Below are positions 1-9,303 of a stretch of 64,000 nucleotides of DNA, in pieces (position 1 is the first letter of the stretch; each line of letters begins with the position of its first letter). The stretch covers positions 65,766-129,765 of the forward strand of contig JAJEAH010000028.1 of the NCBI GenBank assembly GCA_022824225.1, in the 5' to 3' direction. The notes beneath the pieces are model-generated. The model made no database searches and was not told the DNA's origin. It worked only from the letters and a program-made list of their open reading frames with translations. A program made the translations under genes and the position numbers. Origin of the DNA: Chloroflexota bacterium (GTDB lineage: Bacteria; Chloroflexota; UBA11872; VXOZ01).

Positions 1-1968
1 AAGGGCGTGGGTCTGCGGCGTGGTGTGGGTAAACCAAAAGTAGTTGATGGCAATATGTGTGATGCCGTAATCCGCCATGGCAGTCGGGTCGAGCGCGTGG
101 AGAGCGTCAAAATATGTGGGGCCTGGATAGTGAAAGTTAGTAAATGAGAACCGATCGATGTTCTTGTGGGGCGCAAAGCCGCGAAGGAGCAATGGCACTT
201 CGGGAAATCGATTGGTAAGAACACGGGCGTCTGCAGGCAGGGCGCGAAGAAATTCGCGAGCTTCCGCCCCCATAAAGAAAGTGTAGTTGCGCCCGGTAAA
301 CCAGTTCAGGTTATCGCTTTGGCGGTGGAGAGGTGAAACTGTCCAATGGTCTTCGATGCGTTGACCTAAGGTTACGGACTGGACTAAGGCGACATTGCGG
401 GCAGAAACCGACAGCGGCCAGCCAATGGTGAGGGCTGCGCAGGCGGCGAAAAGCGTCCAGCTAAGCCAACGATGGCGTTGTTGCTTTGCCCGGGCGAGGA
501 GAACTATCCCAAGCAGGAGCGATAGCGAAGTAAGGCCGAAGCCTGACCAGCGTGAAAGAGTGGAGGAGTAGTGATAGGTGACGAAGTGTGGCAGGAGCAT
601 CCCAACCGCTCCGATAGCCGCCAGCCACGTCAAGTGGGTTAGGCATCGCACACGAAGGGTCCAGTAAACTGCAACTGGCGCGGCGACGAGGGGAACGCCA
701 AAAGAGGCGAGGTAAAGGACTGCCCAGGGCGGCGAACCGGGAAAGTGCGGAGCGGACGATGCCGATAGGAAGGATAAGGGCGATAGCGAGACTTGAAATG
801 CGTCGCCGAGACCAGTACCTCCCGAGGGCGAATGTAAGAAAACGGCCGAAAGGAATCCGCCCTGGACTACGGCCAATAGGGCAGCCGGTGTTGCCGCAAG
901 CGTGAACAGACCGATATGGACGCCCTTACGTTCGTTGTGGGAGCGCCAGAGTGCGAGTGCTCCCCAGCCCAGCAGTCCGAGAGCGAACAGTGAGACCTCG
1001 ATCAGGGCTACGCTCGCGTAGAGCACGCCAGCTAACACCCAGCGGGACCGATTCCATAGCAATGGGTAAGCGGCGCTTAAAGAACGAGGCAGGTGTGAAG
1101 CCAGAAAGACGACACTCAAGAGAATGCCCCACGCGAGCAAGAAGTGGGGCTGGGCCAAGTTAAGGGGAAAGCCGTCAAATTCGGTAGGTGTACTCCAGGC
1201 GTAGGTGTCTGTGAGTAGGTCTCTTGCCGCGGCGGAACTTGGCGGAAACCACCGGAGGTGCGCGGACTCCAAAAGGTCGGTGGGACCAGGCAGACCTGCA
1301 CCGAAGGAAAAGAAGAGACCGGCGAGCAATCCAAGCCTGACGCTTTGCAGTACCTTGGCGGCTAACATGGCAGCGGCAAGGTAGGCAGTTGTGGCCGCCA
1401 TTGGGGTCAGGATGAAGAAGACGATGGCGCTGTCAAGCTGTGTGAAATGGGCCAACATGGCCGCAAGAAAGGCGCCGCCATAGTGGTACTCGGCAAACAG
1501 GTTTGGGGCGCCCGGCGCCATCACGGGGAAATTGCCGAACCGAATCGTATTGGCGAGCCAAAAGTGAAGGTAATAGTCCCAAACGGGATAGACGGCGTAG
1601 TTTACGACACCGAGAAAGAGCACTACGGCGCCGGCGCAGACGAAGAATCCGGCGTCTACCCACGAGAGCGGCCGCAAGGGCCTGTAGTGGCGCCGGCGGG
1701 CGAAAGCGCTGAGCAAGGCGAGCGCGAGGACGGCAAGCAGTCCCCACACAAATGCGCGCGGCGTGCCCAGGACATACGCCAAGAGATTGGTGACAAGGAG
1801 CGTAGCGGCGAAACCGATTGGGAAGGCGGTGGCGGCCGCGGCGAGGGGTGAGCGGAGGCCGAAGGCGAAATAGACGAGCAGGAATCCGCTCAGGCCGATA
1901 CAGGCAAGCACGGCGAAGACGCGAGCGAGGTTTGGGACGATAGCAGGATCGACGGTGATGCTCAGCAT
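1..1968 (-). CDS. Large polytopic membrane protein, paralog A. N-terminal ~656 codons are in the window and the 3' end runs off the window start. The C-terminal domain is extracytoplasmic and the function is unknown (glycosyltransferase-like membrane fold is possible).
   Basis: ATG at 1968. The N-terminus MLSITVDPAIV... is nucleotide-identical to paralog B (1900-1968 matches 5752-5820). The hand-translated window edge gives ...SAMADYGITHIAINYFWFTHTTPQTHAL, matching paralog B residues. The frame is open to position 1, so it is not in the complete-ORF track. Confidence 0.7.
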   Translation of the reverse strand, partial: MLSITVDPAIVPNLARVFAVLACIGLSGFLLVYFAFGLRSPLAAAATAFPIGFAATLLVTNLLAYVLGTPRAFVWGLLAVLALALLSAFARRRHYRPLRPLSWVDAGFFVCAGAVVLFLGVVNYAVYPVWDYYLHFWLANTIRFGNFPVMAPGAPNLFAEYHYGGAFLAAMLAHFTQLDSAIVFFILTPMAATTAYLAAAMLAAKVLQSVRLGLLAGLFFSFGAGLPGPTDLLESAHLRWFPPSSAAARDLLTDTYAWSTPTEFDGFPLNLAQPHFLLAWGILLSVVFLASHLPRSLSAAYPLLWNRSRWVLAGVLYASVALIEVSLFALGLLGWGALALWRSHNERKGVHIGLFTLAATPAALLAVVQGGFLSAVFLHSPSGGTGLGDAFQVSLSPLSFLSASSAPHFPGSPPWAVLYLASFGVPLVAAPVAVYWTLRVRCLTHLTWLAAIGAVGMLLPHFVTYHYSSTLSRWSGFGLTSLSLLLGIVLLARAKQQRHRWLSWTLFAACAALTIGWPLSVSARNVALVQSVTLGQRIEDHWTVSPLHRQSDNLNWFTGRNYTFFMGAEAREFLRALPADARVLTNRFPEVPLLLRGFAPHKNIDRFSFTNFHYPGPTYFDALHALDPTAMADYGITHIAINYFWFTHTTPQTHAL

Positions 1969-2147
1969 GGAAACGGCACTCCGGCGGCGATGCCCTCATC
2001 TCTTGCCGCGAACAGGAGAGACCGTACACCGAACAGGAAGTATGTGAGGGGCGAGCCGCTCAAAGCCATTGCGCCTAGTGCGGCGCCGGCCCGCGTCAAA
2101 TTGAGCGCCAGTGTCGAGTCAATGGTGATGTTCAAGATCGAGGACAC
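1962..2147 (-). pseudogene. 61-codon remnant resembling the N-terminus of the large membrane-protein paralogs. Likely a decayed third copy.
   Basis: Translation MSSILNITIDSTLALNLTRAGAALGAMALSGSPLTYFLFGVRSLLFAA aligns with MLSITVDPAIVPNLARVFAVLACIGLSGFLLVYFAFGLRSPLAAA of the paralogs. It is too short to be functional. Confidence 0.3.
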
Positions 2148-2610
2148 GGTGAGGCGCTAACTCCCAAATCGACTAGTTTCGAGACTCCTTGCCACGCTAC
2201 TGACGAAATGTGGCAAAGACCTGTCCCTCTGAAGCAGGCATAGTCGCCGCAGGCGTAGGCGAGCCCGACGCGTTGCGTCTCACCGCCCAAGGGGCTCCAC
2301 TTGAGACAGAGACTTGCTTGACGAATGGACATTGTTGGCTAGGCAAGCAACGGCTGGACGTCCGGACAAGAGGACACGCGCAGATGCTGTTGGAATTGCT
2401 GTGAATACTGGTTGCCAAGTTGCTTGCGGTCGCGTCCGCCTCGCACACCGTCTACTGGCCGAATACCCAATCTGCACTGTAGGCCTTGCATCACCGCCTG
2501 TCCTCTATAAGGGGATTCTCTCTCGCCGCACAGTCTTGGGACTAGCCGACCGTGGGGTCGGACCGTCTCAGTGCAAGGCATGTGCTGGAAGTGCGCGCCT
2601 GGGTCAGATG

Positions 2611-5600
2611 CTAGTCCTGGCCGGAGGCTTGGTCAAGCAGGATGAAGCGGGGCGCCGGCAGCACAGTGGGCTCCTGGCCTGGCGCAGAGGTAAGCCAGGC
2701 GACGGGGATGCTCAGCACCCGTGCGCCCGGTTTGAACATCGACACGTAAAGGACATAGGGCTCACCGGGATTGGCTGGCAAGGGCCAGCGGGTGGCGACG
2801 GACGTTGGCTCGCCATAGGCATCAACTGTGGACGCCAAGGTCTCGAGGTCCAAAGTGAAGTGAAAGGTGTCGCCGTGTGTGGGTGGCCTATCCAACATCA
2901 AGCGCCACGTGCCGACGGAGTTCTTTGAATCCCAGTGCCACCAGTGGCCGTAGATGCGGCGTTGCTTTGATAGCTCAAACACGATCTGGTTTTCCAGGGA
3001 GTTTGCGCGCTCGCCATAGAGCTCTAACTTTACGTTGATATTCCTGCCGTCGAATGCGGACAGGATGTGCAGGGCGGGGACACCGGCTTGGACATCACTG
3101 TTGTTAGGTGGCACGCGCTGGGCTCGCACCCAGATTGAGTCAGGGGAAGTTACGGTAATCTCCGCCGCGTTGGTGGCGTCCAGAGGCAGGAGTGAAGCGC
3201 CGGGCGCCAGAATGAATTCTCGCGAACCGCCGGCAGCCGCAATGTTGATGCGGGAGGGTTGGGGCGAAAGCACGGTTAGGAGAACGGAGATGGTACTAGC
3301 TGCGGTTGCGTCGGTGTGCAGACAAGCGAAATCCAGCGTGGTGGGCGTGTTCGCCTGTATGTGCCAGGCGGGAGGAACACCGGCCAGCGATGGGCTGGGG
3401 CAGACGCGTTGGTCGAGCGCGTACAGTCCGACACCGAGCAAGTGCCAAATGCGTTGGGAAGGATGGAGCCCCCAGGCGGAAGGGAAGTCTTGCGGGGTCT
3501 GTTCCCAATTGAGCCAGCGGTCGCCGGGCGGTTCGTCGATAAGGAGGGCAAAGTCGTAGCGGTCGGTGGGTTGGGGCTCCGCAATATCGATGCGGACATT
3601 GATGTGGTTGTGGATGGACCCGGCGCTGGAGATTTCGCGTTCGCGAAGAGAATAGAGGAGCGCCCAGCGGATATCCGCTGGGATTGCCGGAGAGACGTAG
3701 ATAGAGGCCCCCTGCGGCACAAGACCGGGAAGCGAACGCACCAGGTCGCCGGTGGCGGCGGGAGTCTCTGCGTAGAAGGCGGGGAGGACTTCGTAGACAT
3801 GGTGCCAAGCGAAACCCTCGTGGAGTTCTTCATCGGAATAAAGAAGGGAGAAGTAGTGGGGGTCGCGCAGAAGGGCGGAAGTCTGCGGCGTGGTGTGGAC
3901 AAACCAGAAGTGGTTGATGACGATGTGTGTGATGCCATAGTCCGCCATGGCAGACGGGTCGAGCGCGTAGAGGGCATCGAGACAGGTGGGACTTGGCAGG
4001 TGAAAGTAGGTAAATGAGAAAAGGTCCGAGTTCTTGTGGGGAACAAAGCCGCGAGTGAGGAGGGGGACTTCAGGAAACCGATTGGTAAGAATGCGGGCGG
4101 AGGCAGGTAGAGCGCGCAAGAATTCGCGAGCCTCCGCACCCATCTGAAAGGTGTTGGGCCGACCCGTGATCCAGTCGACGTGGTCGCTTTGGCGGTGAAT
4201 TGGCGAAATCGTCCAGTGGTCCTCAGTGCTCTGGCCCAAGACTATCGCTGGCGCGTTGGTAACGTGCTTCACAGAAGTGACTATCGGCCATCCGACTGTC
4301 AATGCAGCGCAAGCCAGGAAGATCGGTAGCGCGAACGCCCGACGGCGCATGTGAACGGAGAGCTTCAAGGCACCGATGCCAAGGATAAGGGAGAATGAAG
4401 TTACCCCAAAACTATGCCACCGGACCATCGTATCGAAATAGTAGATGACGAAGTGGGGGGTTACGAATGCGATAGCACCGATGGCCGCGATCCAGACGAG
4501 AGATCCAGGATCTTTAGATCGAAAGAGCCAGAATAGGAGAATTGGCGCAGCGAGAAGGGGTAGGCCGAAGAGCAACGTGTAGACGGCTAGCCAAGGAGGT
4601 TCAGTTGCGTGATGGAGGTGTGGTGGGCCAAACATATAGGGCAAGGGCACGAAACCGAAAGCGAAGCTCGTGCCTAGGCCTGAACCGCCACCGAGGGTGT
4701 TCCGTAGCGTTGCCGTAACGAAGCCCCCCTGGAATACAGCGAGAATGATCACTGGCGTCAATGCCAGGAAGAAGCATCGGAACCAGGCAGAATCGCGTTG
4801 CCTCGCCGTGTGCCACAGGACGAATGTTCCCCATCCCGCCAGGCCAAGCGCAAAGACTGAGATTTCGATGAGGGCTACACTCGCGTAGAGCGCACCCAGC
4901 AACGGCCAAAGAATTGCTTTGGGCCCCAGCCCAGTCGCCATCAGGCTTCGTGACAACAGAATCACACTTAACAAGATCGCCCATGCAATGAGAAAGTGCG
5001 GCAGGAGCAGATAGAGCGGGAACGCGATGAATGCATTGGGGACGATGCTATTCAGTGAATCCGTGAGCATGGCCTGGGCGGCAGCGGACGAAGGCGGCAA
5101 CCATCTGAGGTAGAGATCTTTCACCGGTTCGATGAGAAAGGGCAAGCCCGCGGTGAACGAGAAGAAGAGTCCTGCCACCAGGCCGAGGCGAATGCTGCCG
5201 AGCACGTGGGCAGCCAGCATCGAGGCGCAGAGATAGGCAGCCATCGCCGCCAGCGGAGCCAGTATGAAAAACACGATTGCGCTGTCGAGCTGGCCAAAGT
5301 GTGAAAGCGCTGCGGCGATGAAGTCAATGCCATAGTGGTATTCGGCGTAGAGGTCCGGCGACCCTGGAGCCATTACGGGAAAGTTCCCAAAGCGGATGGT
5401 ATTCGCGAGCCAAAAGTGAACGTTGTAATCGGAAACCGGGTAGACCGCATTGTTGAACACGCTCAGGACGAAGACAGTGATCGCCGCAACGACAAAAAGA
5501 GAACAGTCAGTCCACGACAGTGGCCCCACGGACCTAAAGGAACCCCGGCGAGCGATTGCGCTGACCAGCGCGAGGGCGAGGACAGTGAGCAGTCCCCAGG

Positions 5601-5820
5601 CAAAGGCGCGGGGCGTGCCCAGGACATACGCCAAGAGATTGGTGACAAGGAGCGTTGCGGCAAAGCCGATGGGGAAAGCGGTGGCGGCCGCGGCGAGGGG
5701 AGAGCGGAGGCCGAAGGCGAAATAGACGAGCAGGAATCCGCTCAGGCCGATACAGGCAAGCACGGCGAAGACGCGAGCGAGGTTTGGGACGATAGCAGGA
5801 TCGACGGTAATGCTCAGCAT
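2611..5820 (-). CDS. Large polytopic membrane protein, paralog B (1069 aa). About 14 predicted TM helices in the N-terminal ~550 aa, then a large non-membrane C-terminal domain.
   Basis: Intact 3210-nt ORF. Hydrophobic helices throughout the N-terminal half. Roughly 80% nucleotide identity to paralog A over the shared portion. Confidence 0.75.
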   Translation of the reverse strand: MLSITVDPAIVPNLARVFAVLACIGLSGFLLVYFAFGLRSPLAAAATAFPIGFAATLLVTNLLAYVLGTPRAFAWGLLTVLALALVSAIARRGSFRSVGPLSWTDCSLFVVAAITVFVLSVFNNAVYPVSDYNVHFWLANTIRFGNFPVMAPGSPDLYAEYHYGIDFIAAALSHFGQLDSAIVFFILAPLAAMAAYLCASMLAAHVLGSIRLGLVAGLFFSFTAGLPFLIEPVKDLYLRWLPPSSAAAQAMLTDSLNSIVPNAFIAFPLYLLLPHFLIAWAILLSVILLSRSLMATGLGPKAILWPLLGALYASVALIEISVFALGLAGWGTFVLWHTARQRDSAWFRCFFLALTPVIILAVFQGGFVTATLRNTLGGGSGLGTSFAFGFVPLPYMFGPPHLHHATEPPWLAVYTLLFGLPLLAAPILLFWLFRSKDPGSLVWIAAIGAIAFVTPHFVIYYFDTMVRWHSFGVTSFSLILGIGALKLSVHMRRRAFALPIFLACAALTVGWPIVTSVKHVTNAPAIVLGQSTEDHWTISPIHRQSDHVDWITGRPNTFQMGAEAREFLRALPASARILTNRFPEVPLLTRGFVPHKNSDLFSFTYFHLPSPTCLDALYALDPSAMADYGITHIVINHFWFVHTTPQTSALLRDPHYFSLLYSDEELHEGFAWHHVYEVLPAFYAETPAATGDLVRSLPGLVPQGASIYVSPAIPADIRWALLYSLREREISSAGSIHNHINVRIDIAEPQPTDRYDFALLIDEPPGDRWLNWEQTPQDFPSAWGLHPSQRIWHLLGVGLYALDQRVCPSPSLAGVPPAWHIQANTPTTLDFACLHTDATAASTISVLLTVLSPQPSRINIAAAGGSREFILAPGASLLPLDATNAAEITVTSPDSIWVRAQRVPPNNSDVQAGVPALHILSAFDGRNINVKLELYGERANSLENQIVFELSKQRRIYGHWWHWDSKNSVGTWRLMLDRPPTHGDTFHFTLDLETLASTVDAYGEPTSVATRWPLPANPGEPYVLYVSMFKPGARVLSIPVAWLTSAPGQEPTVLPAPRFILLDQASGQD

Positions 5821-5891
5821 AGCTGGGAAACGACGCTTCGCACGCTCGCCCCTAGGATTCCTTCAATGGCGATGGGATAAATCATTCGTTG

Positions 5892-6197
5892 TCAACGGTG
5901 ACTGCGCCACGTCGGCGCCTGCCGCGCAAAGTACCGCAAGAACGCGCGGGCCCCCGCGTGGGTGGCGTGCAGGCGAACTACCGGCGTGACCAGGCGTTCG
6001 CGCGATATCGCGTCCGTCTGGGCTGCCAGGCGGGCCGCGTGGCCTTGTCCGGTATGCAGCACGTCACGGAGCGACGCCCGTATGCGCCGCACGATACTGG
6101 TGAGCACGAGTGTCAGCAGCAAGACGAGCACCGTGCCCAGCAGTGCCTCGATGACGAGCACGAGGATGGCGATGTCCCGCCAATGCGCCAGGGTCAT
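5892..6197 (-). CDS. Small membrane protein, DUF948-like
   Basis: 101-aa ORF with a single N-terminal TM helix (HWRDIAILVLVIEALLGTVLVLLLTLVL). It resembles the paralog at 6421-6720, and the arrangement with a YtxH-like gene is typical. Confidence 0.5.
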   Translation of the reverse strand: MTLAHWRDIAILVLVIEALLGTVLVLLLTLVLTSIVRRIRASLRDVLHTGQGHAARLAAQTDAISRERLVTPVVRLHATHAGARAFLRYFARQAPTWRSHR

Positions 6198-6204
6198 GCC
6201 GCCC

Positions 6205-6402
6205 TCACTGCGTAGCTGCCTCGTAGCGAGCCATCAGTTCGTCTTCGGTCTCCTTGGCTGCCTGCGCCGCTTCCTGTTTGGCCATGTCTATCTGGCGGCG
6301 CACGCTTTCCCGGAACGATTCCCCGCTGCTGGGCGCCAGCAAGCCGCCGGCCACCACACCCAGCGAGATTCCCGCAACAAATCCAACCGCGAACCCAAGC
6401 AT
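6205..6402 (-). CDS. YtxH-like small membrane-anchored protein
   Basis: 65-aa ORF: N-terminal TM (GFAVGFVAGISLGVVAGGLLAP) followed by a charged coiled tail. This is the typical partner of DUF948 genes. Confidence 0.5.
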   Translation of the reverse strand: MLGFAVGFVAGISLGVVAGGLLAPSSGESFRESVRRQIDMAKQEAAQAAKETEDELMARYEAATQ

Positions 6403-6420
6403 GTGGGTGAGCTCCTTGTG

Positions 6421-6720
6421 CTAGTTTCTCTTCAAGCGGGCAACGGTGGCTGCCAACGTGCGGGCAAAGCGCAGTGCGCCGGCAGTTCTGCCCGCCGCCC
6501 TGGCGGAGGGCCGGACAAGGGCTTCACTGACGAATTGCGTTGTGCCCTTGACCGTGTTGCTCGTCTCAGTGAGCGATTTGAGGAGCGGCTTGATCTCTTC
6601 CTGGATTGTGCCGGCCAGCCGCACCACCGACAAGACCAGAAAGAGGACAGAAAACGCCATGAGCGCGGAAACGAGCGCAAGCACGATGACCGCTATGTCG
6701 CGAATTTCACCCAGGCTCAC
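6421..6720 (-). CDS. Small membrane protein, DUF948-like
   Basis: 99-aa ORF MSLGEIRDIAVIVLALVSALMAFSVLFLVLSVV... with an N-terminal TM and a helical tail. Paralogous to 5892-6197. Confidence 0.55.
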   Translation of the reverse strand: MSLGEIRDIAVIVLALVSALMAFSVLFLVLSVVRLAGTIQEEIKPLLKSLTETSNTVKGTTQFVSEALVRPSARAAGRTAGALRFARTLAATVARLKRN

Positions 6721-6846
6721 GGCCCCGATCCTTTCTGAGCGGACTCCAATATTGCCGCAACCACGTCATAGTTTAGTATAGGCATAGCCGGGGGGCCGCG
6801 CACGTGACAGAGGCGACGCCAGCAGCTACAGGGCTAACAGTGAAGC

Positions 6847-9303
6847 TCAATTCGCGGGCCGAGGGGACGCCAATGCTTTGCGGCCGCGGCGCAGAAATGG
6901 AATGATGCGCCGGATAGCTAGCACAATTCCCCGGCGGTGCAACCGCCAGCGCAAACGACTCCAGGCCTTGGTCACTGACTTTCTCTGCTGTTTGGTGATG
7001 CCCTCTGCGCTGTAGAGAGACTCTGCATACGTAGCGCAAATCGCCCGCACGTCGGCGTCCGGGAAGCGCTGGCTGGCAGCCGCTCGCATCTCGGTGAGCA
7101 GGCGCGTGGCGTATTCATGGGGAGTGAGGGCGGACGAGGCTGGAATGCCGGCCAATTTGCCAGCCCGCACTAGCTTGCGGTACACGTGCCGCACCATCTG
7201 GTGGGGGTTCATGCGTCGTTCCTGCACGTACCCGTAGCCGAACCAGCCCACCACGATTAAGAGAATGGCTACGAAGAACGGCCTGAGATCGGGCAGTTCC
7301 GGCACGTCGACGCCGAGAATGTTCGTGCCCGGAACGGCGCCGCCGGCCGCGGCCACGATGCCGGTAGCCAAGAGTTCTTCCTCGCCGAGTTCATCGTAGA
7401 ATTCGTCCAGTTCGGGGTTGGGCGAACCGCTGATTTCGCTCGCCAGGATACCGCGGTCGATGGGCGCTTGGTTCGGGCTCGGTTCAAAGGGAATCCAGCC
7501 CAAGCCGGCAAAGTAGACCTCAGGCCACGTGTGCGCCTGCTTCTCGGTCACGACGAACCGTCTTTCAGACACGTCATAGCGGCCAGTGGCAAACCCCACC
7601 GCCAGGCGCGCCGGCACGCCGGCGGTCCGCAGCATCACCACCATCGTGCTGGCGTAGTAGTCGGCGTAGCCGCGTTTCGCCTCGAACAGGAAGTAGTCCA
7701 CCGCGTCCTTATCCTGGGGCGGCGGCGGTATCGCAATGGAATAGGGGATGCGCCGCAGGAAGAGCTCGATTGCCAGAGCCTTCTCATATTGCGAATCTTT
7801 GCCGCGCACTACCGTCTTGGTCAGGTCCACAACGCGCTCCGGCAGCCTGGGCGTTTGCAGATAGCGGCGGATCTCGTCCGGCACGTCCCCCTGGGCATTC
7901 AGCATCTGGTCTTCGGTGGCAGTGGTAACCAGACTCTCCAGTGTATACTCCAGATCGGGCACAGCCACGCGGCGGGCGCGCAAGAGATCATAGTCCTGGA
8001 GCGAGTCTGCCGACGCAACCTGTACCCGATAGGGGATGTTGATGTTCGTTGGGAAGTCCGGGGCAAAGATGATGTCGCTCGGGCTATCCACGATGCGGAA
8101 GGAAAACGTCGCCGGGCGCCGGTAGCTCACCGGCGGCGGTGGTATGGGTTCTTCTTCAGCGCGCCGGTCCAGCAGCGTGCCGCTGGTGTTGTACCACGTA
8201 TACCCGGTATAGGCGTCAAAGGTTGCGCCCCGCCAGTAGCCGTTGAAATTGCTCTCATCCGTGGTGACGTACATACGGTAGGGTTGGCTGAAACGGCGCG
8301 GCCCGCTGAAGAGGCGGTTGTCGGAGCCCAGGATGAGCCCCACGCCGCTTGGATTCTGAATGCCGGAAAAGAGCCGCTTCGTGGTATTGTCCAGCTCGGC
8401 CCACTCGCTGCCGAAAATCGTCCAAAACGTCTCCGAAATCGGATTGCTGCCAACCCGCGGCGCCATCGTTGCCATAAACGTAAGCGCTGTTGTCAAGATG
8501 ACACTCGCAATCAAGACGTCCAGGCCAACTTCCGTGGCGTAGTCCAGCTTGCGCGATTCCCAGCGCTTCTGCAGGTTGTGCAGATTCAACCGCACCATCA
8601 AGAGCAAGGTAGCCGCCAAGAAGAGAATGAACGGCCAGCGGCCCTGTCCGGAATATGCCAGGTTGATCACCATGGCGACGCCGGGAACGAGCGCGGCCAC
8701 GAGAATGTCGTTGTGGCGGAAGAAGCCCCAGGTGGCAATGTAGCCGATGGCCCACCCCACCAGCGCGATCCAGAAGACGAACACGCCGTTGTCTTCCGAA
8801 TACGTGCCGCTGATGCCGGCCCGTGTCCAGTCCACCAGCCGCACGCCGAAGTCGCTGGCGTTGGTGACGAACGTGGCGACCGCATCGATGGGCGGGATGG
8901 GCTGAGATACGCCGCCGCCGCTGAGCAGACCGCCAATGGCCCCGAGAATCCACGTGAGCGTATTTAACACGAGCGCCAGCGCGTCCTGTGCGATGCTGTT
9001 CATGGGGGGCACTGATTCGCTCACCAGCAGGAAGCAGTAGGCAATGCCGACTACGCCGCCGAGCAGCCAGCCCAAGCGCGCGCTGGCGCGCGTGTGGGCG
9101 ACAATGAAGCCGATCACCATGCCCAGAATGGCCGTGGGGAAGATGGCGTCGGTACCGGTTGCCCAGCCTGACTGGTGGATTGCCCAGGAACTCACCAAGG
9201 ACATAGAGGCCAAGAGCAAGAGCGTGAGCCAATGCCTGAGCAAGGTAGACAGCAGGTTTGGCCGTTCTTCTTCAGTCGGGTCTGAGCTAGGATCAATTGC
9301 CAT
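6847..9303 (-). CDS. Transglutaminase-like domain membrane protein (DUF3488 / TGase / DUF4129 architecture). The predicted catalytic triad looks degenerate.
   Basis: N-terminal multi-TM region, then a TGase-core-like segment GYADYYASTMVVMLRTAGVPARLAVGF...QAHTWPEVYFAGLGWIPFEPS. I chose the start at the ATG (9303) that overlaps the DUF58 stop codon, rather than the longer upstream ORF. Confidence 0.75.
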   Translation of the reverse strand: MAIDPSSDPTEEERPNLLSTLLRHWLTLLLLASMSLVSSWAIHQSGWATGTDAIFPTAILGMVIGFIVAHTRASARLGWLLGGVVGIAYCFLLVSESVPPMNSIAQDALALVLNTLTWILGAIGGLLSGGGVSQPIPPIDAVATFVTNASDFGVRLVDWTRAGISGTYSEDNGVFVFWIALVGWAIGYIATWGFFRHNDILVAALVPGVAMVINLAYSGQGRWPFILFLAATLLLMVRLNLHNLQKRWESRKLDYATEVGLDVLIASVILTTALTFMATMAPRVGSNPISETFWTIFGSEWAELDNTTKRLFSGIQNPSGVGLILGSDNRLFSGPRRFSQPYRMYVTTDESNFNGYWRGATFDAYTGYTWYNTSGTLLDRRAEEEPIPPPPVSYRRPATFSFRIVDSPSDIIFAPDFPTNINIPYRVQVASADSLQDYDLLRARRVAVPDLEYTLESLVTTATEDQMLNAQGDVPDEIRRYLQTPRLPERVVDLTKTVVRGKDSQYEKALAIELFLRRIPYSIAIPPPPQDKDAVDYFLFEAKRGYADYYASTMVVMLRTAGVPARLAVGFATGRYDVSERRFVVTEKQAHTWPEVYFAGLGWIPFEPSPNQAPIDRGILASEISGSPNPELDEFYDELGEEELLATGIVAAAGGAVPGTNILGVDVPELPDLRPFFVAILLIVVGWFGYGYVQERRMNPHQMVRHVYRKLVRAGKLAGIPASSALTPHEYATRLLTEMRAAASQRFPDADVRAICATYAESLYSAEGITKQQRKSVTKAWSRLRWRLHRRGIVLAIRRIIPFLRRGRKALASPRPAN

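Noticed and set aside
2314-2928. 204-aa plus-strand ORF spanning the intergenic region and the 3' end of the membrane-protein gene
   Set aside because: It overlaps the convincing minus-strand gene, has no recognisable domain, and lies in a region whose structure is better explained by gene duplication remnants.
3276-4139. Long antisense or alternative-frame ORFs overlapping confident genes. Examples: 3276-4139, 3316-4017, 7468-8967, 8255-9232, 11631-12875, 11411-12265, 17557-19245, 20236-20913, 21427-23298, 34262-34771, 57513-58847, 59263-59973.
   Set aside because: In about 65% GC DNA, stop codons are rare in non-coding frames. These ORFs give Arg/Pro/Gly-rich low-complexity translations, have no ribosome-binding sites, and always lie inside better-supported genes on the other strand or frame.
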